DNA of 64,000 nt, from NCBI GenBank assembly GCA_905331295.1, contig CAJNYD010000201.1, positions 1 to 64,000 on the forward strand, in the 5' to 3' direction. The stretch comes from Rotaria socialis. Taxonomy: Eukaryota. The notes below the pieces were generated by a model. It had not been told where the DNA came from, did no database searches, and saw nothing but the letters and a program-made list of their open reading frames with translations. The first letter of the stretch is position 1; each line of letters opens with the position of its first letter. Of the stretch, positions 39,492 to 52,761 are shown piece after piece. Position numbers and translations under genes: made by a program.

Positions 39492-41114
39492 CAACACTCT
39501 ACTGATGAACAATTGCTTTGTTTTTTGTATCGCAACGAATTTTGTTTAAATGTGGACGTATAGTTGTTTCAATCAGTGATATTCACAGTCTAAATGTCTG
39601 TGTATTATTTGATGTCGTCACATTTCACTTTTTAAAATTTCTATGTCTATCTTGTCTTTGTTGGAATTTTCTGCACTCGCATCTTGTTCAGTCAGGTTAC
39701 ACATTCCATGCGTTTCATTTGGTTTCTTATTATAATATAAAAAAGAGAGATACAGTTAGAAAAGCAAATCTTGAAATCAGTGTTTTGTATGGTAGAAATA
39801 TTTATTTCCGAATAAGAAAACGAAAAATAAACGAGTAGATTCGTCTGTGCTTCTATGAATGATCATACACTTCTTCACTGTTTGATACTATGAATCACAT
39901 AGACAATATCGTTTTGATTATAATCTTACATTTAATATTATTCAACTAACTTTCTTCATCAAGTTTAACTTCATTTTACTTTCACATATGTATGACACTA
40001 TGGTCGAAGATCAAATGTCACATTATCCATAAATTATCATTGAACAGCAAGAATCAGAAACTACAATGATCAATGAATGATCTTGTCGTAATAAATAAAA
40101 TATAAAAAACAGAAAACGAATCGAATAAAATTAAAATTTTTCCAAATAACGTCGAATCAAATCCGATGAAATTTTTTTCTCTCAAATACAATTAATAACG
40201 ACCTTGTCAGTTATTTTTGTTCTGTTCGAATGCAGTTAGAATGATCTAATAGGTCATCACTGACACTGATTAATTTTTTAACACAAGTTTCTTCCAGTAG
40301 TGTGTACTGATGAACATTAATCTTGTTACTAGATTAGAAATTATATGTAGCTATGCAAGTTTATTGTAGTAACTTATGAGCACTGATATGATGTTAGATA
40401 ATGCTATGTGTAGGATATTTCAGATTTAAAAAAATCCTTAGAAGAGAAGATCTCGAAATTGAAATTACTACTTGATCAACAGCATTGTCATTGCTGTTGG
40501 ATTTTAAATAAATGTAGCTATTATTTTGAGAACTGTTTTACAGAGAACTGGGACAATGAAGAAAAAAATGACACAAATCGGTAGTATGTAAAAATAAATC
40601 ATATCTGCTTTCGGACACAATCGAAACCGAATCGTACTTTTATAATTGGTTTTGATCTTGGCTATGTATAAGGAAAAACATGCGCTATTGAAAAAAAACA
40701 GCTTATAAGTTGTCGAGGTTTCCGTGTAAGAAAAACGTTGGATATACTTCAGAAAAGAACAACTACCTTCTCTTTGAGTTTTCATCCATTTATCGACATG
40801 GTCGATTGCTATTCATTGGAGGAGCTGAATTTTCATGTAAAATTGCTATTTATTTCTGCATAAAGCTTTGTATAATTTATTTAATCCTATTTATAATATA
40901 TAACATCATATTTCATATTCTTGTACAAATAAAAAACAGAGAAGACTATCAATAATGGCAGTCAACTATAACAAATATAATATAGAAATAAATTTATCAT
41001 CAAAATTCTCTGTCGTTTAATACTTCTTGGCTTTCGAAATAGATCAAAATAGACAAAATTGACTGAACACATAATAGAAGAGATTTAAAACAAAAATAAG
41101 AAAAGTGAAACGAA

Positions 41115-42247
41115 TTATCGTTTACTGTCTTCTTGAAACATAATTATCGATGTTGTTGATGATTGTTCGTCTTCGACTAGATTCAAGGGCGATCGAGAAG
41201 AAAAACAAGATGATCGCGCAGGAGAAATGGGCAATATTTGATGGCTTTTGAAAAAAATATTTTCACTATTTGATGGCATTGTTGAATTTACTAATGCAAT
41301 CGCAGTATGTGGTCTTTGTGGACTGAAAGAGAAAACAACAGAGTTTGAAAATAAAATAAAAATAAAAATCTATTACCTAAGTTTATCAAGTGGAATGATG
41401 CAATTATGAAAATCAAGTTCATCAATAGGTTGTGTTATAACAATAATATCATCTTTCTTTTTTCTCTTTCTATTTCTATTTTTATTTCCAATATTTGTAT
41501 TCATTGTTGGATTTCGCCGTTTTTTCTTTTTCGGTTTCCAATCATCTTCGTCTTCATCATCATTGTCAAAATCATCTCTATATTCTTGATCTTCATTTAT
41601 TATTCGACGATGATGATTAATACTCGAACTTGATGTCGAATCTAACATGAAGATTAAACATTATAATTTGATTCTTTTTCAATTATTTATATTAAAAAAA
41701 TATATAATTAACTAAATAATTTTACCTGTACATGATCCACCATCTTCTGGCAAAATATTATTTACTTCAACATGCTGAAATTCATCTCCATTCGATCGAC
41801 TTTCATCTGACAAAGCAGTTATCGTCATAACTTGATCAACAATTCGATGTTTAGCTTGCCGCGACGAACGTCGACCCACACCTTCAGAAATTAGAAAAAT
41901 ACATAAAAGTCCTTTTATTTCGATTAGTAAAAGAAAACCTGATGAAAATATTCTTTTTTGCCTTTTCTCTCACCGAGACATTTCGCTAGATGATACGCAA
42001 ATCGTATGGCTATTATATTTGATTGACCACATTGCGGACATACACAAGTCTGTTTCTCAATAGCTGTTGTTTGAGATTGTAATAAAGATAAAGAAATATT
42101 TTTTGTTTTAGTTCCATTATTATTTATTTCAAGTTGCTCTTCGGGTATGCCTTTAAGTGATGAATGAAGTTCATAAACTAAATCAAGTATAAGATCATCT
42201 AATTCACTATCAATTATTGATTGAATAGCTGAACATAAATCGTCCAT
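41115..42247 (-). CDS. ATXN7L3: SAGA deubiquitination module subunit Sgf11/ataxin-7-like 3
   Basis: N-terminal helix LDDLILDLVYELH; Sgf11 zinc finger CVCPQCGQSNIIAIRFAYHLAKCLG spliced to VGRRSSRQAKHRI; acidic patch DEDDW followed by a basic NLS; 4 exons. Confidence 0.85.
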
Positions 42248-43053
42248 AGAATTAAAATTTTATCTGTAAGAAGAAATAATTGCCCATTAGTAAAGATTTG
42301 TTGCAAAATAGAAGAAAACAGAGACGTATACACAAATACATTGATGATGTATGATAGACAAACAATGTACAAACAGAGAGACCAAAAGAAAAAAGAAAAA
42401 CCACAATGTACAAATTGTTTCTGTCCTTTATTTATTTATGTTGTTGTTGTTTATTGATACGGTTGAATTGTATACACATAATTTGGATTTTCACCTGGTT
42501 GATCATTTCGAATACAAGTTACAACACGAACCTAAAAATAATATATCACAATTATAATGGTGACAGCCGCGAAGAAACCTTATTCCATATGTTTTTTATG
42601 ATTTGTTCGAAAAAAAGTCGTTGATACTATCGCATTCATTCATTGCCAGACTCATATCAATACTTCATCTCACTAATAAGGGAATATGTTAAATCAAAAA
42701 GTTGTACTCTCACCAAAAAAAACCTTTGGAATCTTAAATTATACTGATTTTGCATTTAACCATTAGTAATCTTGCTAGATCGTTATGTACTGTTTTTTTT
42801 CGTATCGGTACGCGAATTCAAAGTGTTGCATTTATTTGCAAAACAAACAATAATAGAACTATGGAAAAACTCTACTGAAGTCTAATTTCGATTATTTCAT
42901 TATTGAATTTCAAGTATAAATTCTTGTTTCTTATGTTAATTGAAATTTTAAAGTTCAATTGAAAAAAATAATTTTACTCAAGAATAACTCAATAATGTAG
43001 TAGATTAAATTAGTACTGAATAGACTGATTGATTCCAATCCATCGGTGAATTG

Positions 43054-43999
43054 CTAAGTATTAAAAAAATTTCGACCACTAAATCTTACCGAATGTCCAT
43101 AAGGCTCGAGTCCATTAGGATTAGCTGTTGCACCAGTTGGTTTAGCAGCTATTGCCTGACCAGATAGTGAAACTGCAGCTCCTGTCGCTTGTGGTTGTAC
43201 TTGAACAGTTGTAGCAACTTGTGCTTGAACCATTGGTCCAGATGTTTGATTAACTTGTGCTTGAGCAACTTGTATACGTAAATCATCACTCAACTCACCG
43301 CCCATTGTCATTGTACGATCATATTTTGATGCATCGCGTACTTTTGTTAAAAATGTTCTTAATGGTTCAACATATGAATCAAAACCAAGCGTTAACATAG
43401 CCAATATAATATCTTCGCCGTTAATTGTTTTTCGTTTTTCTTGCAGACATCGATCAGATGCTTCACTTGTAACAAATGATATGAATTCCGAGACACATCT
43501 ATATGTAAAATTAAAATAATTAAGAAAAACTTAAAATAAAAGCTTACTCTTGTATAGTCTCTTTTGCATCTTTAGCAATTTTTCCTTTTTCAGGTACACC
43601 TTTTTTCATTATCTTCGCAACATTTGCAATTGGTAGAAATCGATCTTGTTCACGTAATGGACCTGTATATCGTGGTAAATCATGTTGATCATTCCCATCG
43701 TCATATGAACTATCCATCAAATGTTGCTGTTGTGATGGTCGACCACGACCACGATAAGTTGATTGCTGATGACGTTGATCATCTTCATCTTCATCGTCTT
43801 CGTCTAAATCATCATCGTCAGAATATGGTCCATCATCTTTTGTTGGATGATATGTACGGTCAACATTGGTACTGCTAGTTGATATTCGTTGCATGGAATT
43901 ATTTTGATGTGACGTTGGTTGCGGTGGGCGTGTACCTTGCGTACGACGACGATGTATTGGACCATCATTAGAATTACCGGAATCATTGTCTGAATCCAT
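43054..43999 (-). CDS. NFYB: Nuclear transcription factor Y subunit beta (3' end uncertain)
   Basis: Histone fold [20 protein letters not shown]...[60 protein letters not shown]-rich tail; possible extra donor at 43089. Confidence 0.95.
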
Positions 44000-45011
44000 T
44001 TTAGTTTTTGACGAAGAACGATTCGAGGGAGAAGTTAACCACTGGTCACACGCAGTCAGAAGAAAGATTGAATGGAGAGATTAATCAACAAATAAAGAAA
44101 GAGCAAGCAATACAAATAGAAATAGAAATATTGAATTTTGTCTTTATATAACCAATTATAGTCCTCCAAAGAAGCCTCTCTTCTTTTTTACAATTTGTTT
44201 TAATCAAAAAGTTTGCATTGAAATAAAAATCATTAAATAAAAATTTTTAGCAGAATTCATACAAGTGTATTAATATAGCATTGTTTTATTGCTATAGATG
44301 TCACTTTTCACCAAGTTGGAGTGATTCACATATGAATTATGCTTTAGGCAGTTTCACAATTTATTTATTGATCATATATGTTGAATAAATTAGATGTAGA
44401 GTTTAAGATTGTTGATAGTAGAGTGTGAATGTTAGAATTTTTTATGCGTGTTCTTTCTTTTTTGTGTATATTTCGATTACAACTGGATTCAGAGCAAAGC
44501 CTATTTAAAGGCTTATTCGACTATCTCTTGTATATGCACACTAACATTTGCATACTCTTTGAAAAATGAAATATTATTTGTTAGCATTTTTATGAGTTCT
44601 GAATAGCAACATAGGATGATATTGCCATTGGGTTTTCTTATTATCAACTGAAATGTAGAAGTTATTTCGTACTATGCTAATGGAACCGATTGAATTAACT
44701 CATACTGCACAAATAACACATTGGTTACTTGATTTTCAATACTTATTTGTGTTGGAAGGTTTACACAAAATTGGGTTTGTTTTACGAGCAGATAAATATG
44801 TATAGAATTGAAATTCTATTTTTTGTTAGATTCCTTTTACTTAAAGATCAAATAGTGACAGTGAACCATCGGTTAAGATCAGCAAGAATCGTTATTAATA
44901 AGACCAGCAATCTTCAGTTTCGTATCCCTTTTTCTATTAGATTCAATAGAAAACAAATTCTTTCTAATTTTTTAAAGCTAAATGCAAACAATTTCATGAA
45001 TACAAAAGCAT

Positions 45012-46158
45012 TTATTCATATTTCTTTAAGTACAATATACAAAGAACACTTACAATAAAAGCATTCACTTTTAAAATAGTCTTTTTCATTCCATAATCAC
45101 TGCCAATTACTTCTGGAATAAGATGTACTGTTGAAATATAAATGAATATACCAGCAATTATTGGCAATAGTATCTGATTTGACCATAATTGTACGATCAG
45201 ATATGATTGAAATTTCAAAGTTGCTAAAAATAGTATTGAACCGCTTAGTCCTGTTAATAATTGATATTGCATTGCCTAGAAAATAAATCAAGTATTCGAA
45301 ATTAGTTCTTAAATTCATTTACTTTCTCTAAAGTTTTCCCACTATAAATCAAAATATTATAACCATAGAATACATGCAAAAGTTCATAAATAATTTTCGT
45401 TATTAGCATTCCTGAATCTTAAATAGCAAACAAACACTGATTTTGTTTCGTCATAGAATATCTTACTGATTGTTGATTTCATTGAAATGATTGAACAAAG
45501 AGTCACACTATTTGTATAATTATGCAAAATATCTGCCAATAAAAATAGATAAGCTAAAATTTCAGTTGAATTCATTGTTGAAGATTCATTATATATTTCA
45601 TGATTGTAACCTAAAAGTCAAATGAACTTGCTTTTCTTACAAAGATGATTCAATATTTAACATACTTTGGAGATATTGAAAAACCTTTTCAATAATAAAT
45701 GAAAGAAAAATTCCTGCAAGTATAAATAAACCAGCACGATTATCATGTTGATGATAAACCTCAGATTGACTTTTAGTGTCAAATGAATCATTATATGCAA
45801 GAATAATGGACGGTAGAAGTCGAAGAAAAACATCTGCCATTAAGCCACCTGATGCAAAACTAAGATAAATTGTTAATAATGATTGATGCAGTCGACGCGT
45901 TGTTATCGAAATTAGAAAGAATATTATGATAATAGGAATTAGAGTTATCGATATTATCATTAAAAATATATTATTAAATGAACTGAAAATATTCATAATG
46001 ATAAATTGTTGTAAATTGCCTTGTTTACTATATTTATATGATGAAGACTCGTGTAGATGTTGATTGTCATTATTTAATGCCACATTTACATCAGAATCAC
46101 ATTTAATAGTGATAATGAAAATAGTCAAAAATAATACACAATAAATATCAATGGCCAT
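45012..46158 (-). CDS. Divergent SLC39/ZIP (ZIP7/ZIP13-like, LIV-1 subfamily) transporter, ~331 aa
   Basis: Exons 46158-45666, 45610-45467, 45417-45323, 45275-45012 splice in frame; LSFASGGLMADVFLRLLP; GLFILAGIFLSFIIEK; LADILHNYTNS; AMQYQLLT; AGIFIYISTVHLIPE. Confidence 0.85.
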
Positions 46159-47118
46159 GAATCTAACGACTATGATATGAAATAGAAAACATTTTCATCT
46201 TGAGTAACCGTTTTCTTTTCTTTATCAATAGCTATGCAAAATGGTTGTTTCTTTTCATTTTTCATTCTCTAAAGTTGAAGAACATGAAAGACCATAATGA
46301 TAATAATAATAATAATCATAATAGTAAATGATGTCTCTCAGAGATTTTTATCTTTCTGAAACAAAGTAACGAAACTAACTGGATTGGATTCGTCTAGTGA
46401 GAGTCCCACATTTACTGTCAGTTCATGAATTCATGTATAGACATTATCAAATAAATAGTTATCTGTGTGATGCTTATACCTGTCTGTGTATCATTATTGT
46501 TATTGTTTAACTATTCTTTTGTTTTAAAGAAATCAAACATGAGTTTGAAGCGTGAAAATAATCTTTATGTTTTAATCTATTTGTGTATCACAAGTTTCAT
46601 GTTTATCATGCATCAAAGTGTCTTATTTTTTCAAATAAGTTTCCCCTATAATCAGTTAATCATTAACGATTCGTCGATCTTCATTATACATTGATTAATA
46701 TAGTAGAAGATGTTATCTTAATTGTGAATATTACCTAATTTAATTTACAAGCTCAACATTTCTTAAGTATCACAGCCTGTACTGATTCTGCGCAATCACA
46801 ATTGATTATATTAATATTTCTAGTCAATTAGACGTTAGGTTTCAAATTAGTTGTTCTAGAGCAAGACGATATGTTCGTTTTGTAATTGTTTTCCAAGAAA
46901 TACATGATATTATGCTATTGAGACTCTGTAAAATTGAATATAAGTAGAAAAGTTTCGCATAAAATCTATTGTAGTTAATAATGTATCAGCTGTTAGATTT
47001 TATGTACTACTCAAAATATTTATATTGTATGTATCATGAAGATTGAATTCTGACAATTGACAAATTTTAGCAACTATACTTTTAGGAGTCGATAGAAAAT
47101 TTCTGTGGAAATTAACAA

Positions 47119-47191
47119 GCCCGGCTAGCTCAGTCGGTAGAGCGTGAGACTCTTAATCTCAATGTCGTGGGTTCGACCCCCACGTTGGGCG
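47119..47191 (+). tRNA. tRNA-Lys (anticodon CTT)
   Basis: GCCCGGCTAGCTCAGTCGGTAGAGCGTGAGACTCTTAATCTCAATGTCGTGGGTTCGACCCCCACGTTGGGCG: 73-nt cloverleaf, A/B boxes, followed by a T-run Pol III terminator. Confidence 0.97.
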
Positions 47192-49669
47192 TAATTTTTT
47201 ATTTCGCCTGGTTATTTCCTGTTCTGTGTGTAATAGACGATAGAAGAATTTGTTCAAGTTCTATAAAATTATCAAACGCATAGATTATGATCGTAATGAA
47301 CTGTATTTTTTGAAAGAAATAATATTATATTTTTAATTAGTAAGGGATGATTTTATGACAGGATACTGATGATTATCAGTAGTATCGATTGTTTTTCCAA
47401 TAAATAATTGGGATAGATCAGTTTACTACTTCGATTGGTTGTATAAAGATTAAAATCATAGTAAATATATCTTCAACTATTTGAATAATGCGTAGAATCA
47501 GATAGATAATCATCCATGGAGCTATCGTTCCTCTTCAGTGACTCATTTGTACCAGTACTAAATTGTCAAATGGTTTTTCGTATTAAAAAGTCATGCTTGT
47601 TCTCTTCATATGTTGAGTAGTAGAAAAGTCAAAACAAAACTTATGTTTCATGTCATAATTAAGGCTCAAGAGAAAAAGAATGCATCCAAAATTGAGTTTG
47701 TGTACAGAGATTAACATCAGATATAGAATCACACTCGAATGGCTTCGTGTTTTTCACTTTAGCGTGATCTGATTAATTTCCATTGATTGAAAAATTCTCA
47801 ATGAATTTGTTTCTATCATTGAGGAGGTACGTTGATTATAATTTTAAAAAAGTTATTCTTCGCACCGATAGACTCCGACTACTAGCTGTTATCAATAATC
47901 TTGATAAAATTCATTGGAAATATTGTGTGAGTTTATTATTAAACAAACGGTGCGACAAATCATTATTTTGCTTAGATTTATTATTCGTAAAGCAAAATAA
48001 CATTTTTTTTCTTAATCGATATACTCAAAACATATATTTATAGGCCCCTTTTTCTATAACCGTGTCTGCTAAAGATAAGCAATGTTGGCTTGTCAACTAT
48101 TAGACTCACGATCTATTCAATTTAGTTCCTGATAAATGTCGGTTCGATAATGGGCATTATTCATACAACTTATAAGACTATTTTGATGAGGTGATTACAA
48201 AAATGTGTCAACTAAAAATGGAATGATTAACATCGTTCCAAAATTTCAATATTCAATTTTCAAAGAAATAACTGTAAATAAATATATTCAGGATATTTAT
48301 TAAAGATAATTTGATTTCCTAATAAATCCAGAATCTAAGATGTATGAAAATCTTTCATGTATCTTTTCATAATAAGTAAAAATAAAATAATTTCAAAGGA
48401 TCCAGAGAACAACAATTGATAAGGACTAGAGATACTTGTCAAAATTTATTAGTTTCTAACTAACTCATTAAGCTCTAACCAAACGGCGGTAAAAAAGTGA
48501 AAAAATTCGACTTCATGCTGTTGCGCTCACAGTTTTTTTGTTTTATTTTTATTTCTAGGTCCAGTAACAAATAAAATCGTTGCTGATACATGCATAAATC
48601 ATGAAATCTCTGTTAAACTCGAAATACATTTATACATTCAAAATGAAAATCATACGAAAACATGTTTCTAATAGAGTATGAGATATTTTACTGTTATAGA
48701 TTATGCATAATATAAAATTCTGCTGATTAACCGAAATTAACAATATATTGTATTCTTATTAAATCATTAATGAAACATTACGTGACGTTATATTTTATGC
48801 AAAACTCATATTTCTAAAAAAACAAACATAAATCCGAGAAGTATTCAGCGTATTCAACATCAATTCTTATTCGTCGTCATATTTTGTAGCATCAGATCCG
48901 ATCACACACAGACAAACATAAGCTAGTAGTATACGTAGTAGCTATTCATTTTCGTTGCGACATCACACCTATTGTATGATAGAGATTTTTATTTATGATT
49001 CTATCGGTTAATACGTGCGCACCAATGAGATTTCATTTTTATTCATATATTCTTTCTTTCTTCGAAATCGAAATCGAAGTTAAATAGTTTCGTTAATCAT
49101 GTTTTCAATTTAATCATATTTTCTTCGTTTAAATGAATTGAGAAATTAATCATTCATAATTATTCTAAACCTTGACATAATACTTTTCTTTTTTTTGTAT
49201 TTTTTGCATATTGCAAAACATCTGCTGACAATGAAGCAGAAAATGTTCTGAGAGAATACTTTGATCGTAATGAGTCAATAGTTAGTGTGCTTGTTGAATC
49301 AGATGATTTACATTACTTATAACTAACCAGTTCAGTTCAGCTCTGATAAGTTTCTATGATTCACATTTTAAAATACAAGTCATTTATCGGCGAGTATATA
49401 CATGTATATATATATATAAAGTTTTTCCGTTTACGCAAATGATGTCCTCATGTGCATTTAATAATCGATTATCATGAATTTTTATTTCTCTTGGCCAATT
49501 ACCTTTTAACGTAGCTCCTTTTTTTAATAAATAGAATATTTTTTCAATTAATTGATTCATGACGTAATCATGCTTGTAGATGATGCGCATCCATGCGATC
49601 ATCGTGGCCAATAAAAAAGTATTTAATTCTTTGTATACTTCTTCATGCTATGTTCTACTTCAATTGACG

Positions 49670-50684
49670 ATGTCCTCTGTTTATACCAGGTAAATAAATA
49701 GTACATTGATTTTTTTGTTGAAAATGTATGTTGAATTTTGTTGAATGAATTTGTGAATGTTTCATTTAAATATTTTTCATAGAGAATGAATTTTGAAATA
49801 AATATGATCTCTTCGATGATTCTAGAAGGAAGCTTTCCAATTTCACCAATAATAAAAATGATACATTATCAGTGTGTACATTCAACGTTCTAGCACCGTG
49901 TTATAAACGTTTATCATCTGAATATGATCGTGAAAGTTCATATGATACATTATGGCAAAAACGTCACTTATCAATAATAAATCTTCTTCAATCGCTTGAT
50001 ATTCATCTTATTTGTCTGCAAGAATTTTGGTTTAAAAATCCATCATTTATTCAATTATATAAATCAAATTTATTATCAAAATATTCATTTTATACACTTC
50101 GACGAACAGGTTTACTTGATGACGGCTTAGCTATTCTAGTTGATTCGAATCATTTTAAGGTTCTCGATAAATATGAATTGATATTAAATGATATTGGAGA
50201 TCGTATTGGACTGTTACTTAATCTTGAATTTAATGGAAAAAATTTACTTCTAATTAATATTCATTTAACATTTCCACATCACAGATTTGAAAGCCGATTA
50301 AGGCTAAAACAAATGAAAAAGTTTCTTGAATTAATACACAATTATCAAATATCAAAAAATCTTTTAAATAAGTGTACACTTATTTTATGCGGAGATTTTA
50401 ATTCATCATATCATAAGGATGATGTTTATCAATTGATAGATAAACAATTTCAATCATCTTACAAATTTATACATGGAAATGAACCTAATGTTACACATTT
50501 AACACACAGAAATGAACAATTAGGAGTAGATTTTATTTTTTATAAATCAGATATTCTTCTACCGGTATCAAGTGAACTAATACCACGTGGTTGTAATTCT
50601 TTAACATGGAGTGATCAGGGTGAATGGAATTTAAGTGATCATCGTGCAATTCTTACGATGTTCAAATACAAAAACAATCAATAA
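49670..50684 (+). CDS. Endonuclease/exonuclease/phosphatase (EEP) family protein resembling the plant At1g02270-type family
   Basis: Exon 49670-49689 plus 49826-50684; motifs TFNVLAP, ICLQE, DGLA, NIHL, LCGDFN, VDFIF, SDH. Confidence 0.88.
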
Positions 50685-52251
50685 ACTCGTTTAGTTGTTT
50701 TATTTGTGAATATTACAAAAATAAAGACGAAGAGCAGTTTTTTCATTGGATAAAGATTTTGCTAGTATAAGATCATCTATTTTCGATCCGTTTGTATTAA
50801 TATGCAAGTATTCACAAGTTCGACTAAATTATTGACTCGTTGTTTGTTTGTGGAAACAATCCTAATTTCAAATTTCATTCTATTGAAATTTCAAATCTGA
50901 AAATCATTTATTGCTAGTAAATCTTAGTTTTCATATGCGATGATTCGATTCTTAAATTTTTATTTTTTTGTTACAGAATTTTGTTAGTAAGCTTAATACC
51001 AATGCTATTTAAAAGTATTTCAATTATGAACATCGAATATTTCGACCTTATACGCCGGTGGTAATAGGAAATGAAAAAGAAATTACGGTTTCCATTCCGG
51101 TTCCCGGTAGTAAACGAGAGAATAAAACAAGCGATTCTCAATTTGATTTCTATTAAGTGCAGTAATGATCGATAATATGGTATAGATTCTATCAAATATA
51201 TCATATGAAGTTTAGTATAATTTTCTGTTGTATATTTCAGCATCACTCGTGTTTACTCGTTTTTTTGAAACAAAAACCAATTTGCTGATTAGATACAAAA
51301 AAAAACGCACAAAAGAGAATGCATCAATAAAATAAGAATGTTAACTAACTCTATGTTTAGTTTCATTAGAGAAGTATCATATATTTCAATAGTAATCAGA
51401 TTTCTGTATTTTAGTTATATTAACATAGAAAATATTTCAAGTTAAATTATTGATTATGAAACATTCTCTTATTTCATTGAGATATGAAGAATTTGCCTTC
51501 ATTTTCCTTTTAATTGAAATCAGTCATTATTGTTTATATTGAAACCGTTCCAAGGTTGTAGTATATTGATGGATCTAGATTCTAGTTTAGTATTATTGGA
51601 TCAAATTTTCGACTATACTCAAGATTTCTTTTCATTCGAACATGCGAGATATAGTTTCATTTTCGCACAAGTATAATCGTTAGTAGAGTCTCATATTGAT
51701 TATACTAGCTTTAACTTTAAGATCAGTCAACATTTGAGTAATTACTCAGTCATCAGTGAAAGTACTTCTCAGTTCAAATTTCCATATATATTTGGAATGA
51801 TTGGATTCTATTGAGCATATGATCTTCTTCTCCTTCTTTTACACAACTGATTTGAGAACGCCAAAATGAACTAAATTTGCAATGTAAAAGTCATCAAAAA
51901 TACTACTTATAATACTGATGTCGGTAGGTGAACTTTCATATATACGTATATATATTATTAGTTAAATCAATAATTATCAAATAGAAATTCAATTTATTTA
52001 CTGAATATTAGTGAGACCAATGAGATACGATAAAATCAAATGTACGCATACTAAATAACTTATAAATACAAATATACACTTTGAAAAACAAAGAAGAAAA
52101 CACTACCGACATGGATAACGATAAAATTTAAAATAAAATCTTGTTTTTTCAGAAGATTTGAAATCTAAGTATTGAAATAGAAAATATTTAAAGAGTGGCG
52201 CGTAAACTCATTGGTTCTATTTCTTCTTTTACTTTGTCATACTTTCTGTTC

Positions 52252-52761
52252 ATGTCACTTAATAATGATTATCAACAAAAACAAGAAATAGCTTCTTCGA
52301 TTTCGTCATCAACTAAGGATCTTCTTCTTACTAAAAAAAAAGATATTCTATGCAATGATTGTGGTGGCATTTCTGTTGCCAAAGTTCAGCGTTTATTAAA
52401 AACACTTGATGGTACTACACAATTATTCAATAGAACAGCATCATTTAATAGTACTATTGAAAATTCAACAAAATCTAATAAAATTTATCGAAAAAATCAT
52501 AATCGGTTACAATCAAGAAATAAGAAAAATAATTCAGCACGCAATAATAGTCGAAAAACTTCGTTGAGACTAACTATGAAAAATAAGGATAGAATTACAA
52601 ATACTAATAAACGAATTCAACATTCAAATATAAAACGGAAGTTAAAAATCAATCGAATTCGATCGTCAATATCAGCAAAACGAAAAAATGATAAGAACCG
52701 AACAAAATCCAAGTATAATGGTGTGACTAAAATCAAGAGGTTATCATCGAAAACTAAATAA
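52252..52761 (+). CDS. Small, highly basic protein (~169 aa) of unknown function
   Basis: Single ORF from ATG 52252; CNDC motif; C-terminal ~97 aa about one-third K/R with two acidic residues; AATAAA at ~52812. Confidence 0.5.
   Translation: MSLNNDYQQKQEIASSISSSTKDLLLTKKKDILCNDCGGISVAKVQRLLKTLDGTTQLFNRTASFNSTIENSTKSNKIYRKNHNRLQSRNKKNNSARNNSRKTSLRLTMKNKDRITNTNKRIQHSNIKRKLKINRIRSSISAKRKNDKNRTKSKYNGVTKIKRLSSKTK

Noticed and set aside
41115..43999. Adjacent Sgf11 and NF-YB as a functional cluster
   Set aside because: Adjacency of two transcription genes in a gene-dense genome is not evidence of linkage
51055..51115. Short GC-richer patch with CCGG/GGAA-TTCC motifs
   Set aside because: Too short and degenerate to call as an element
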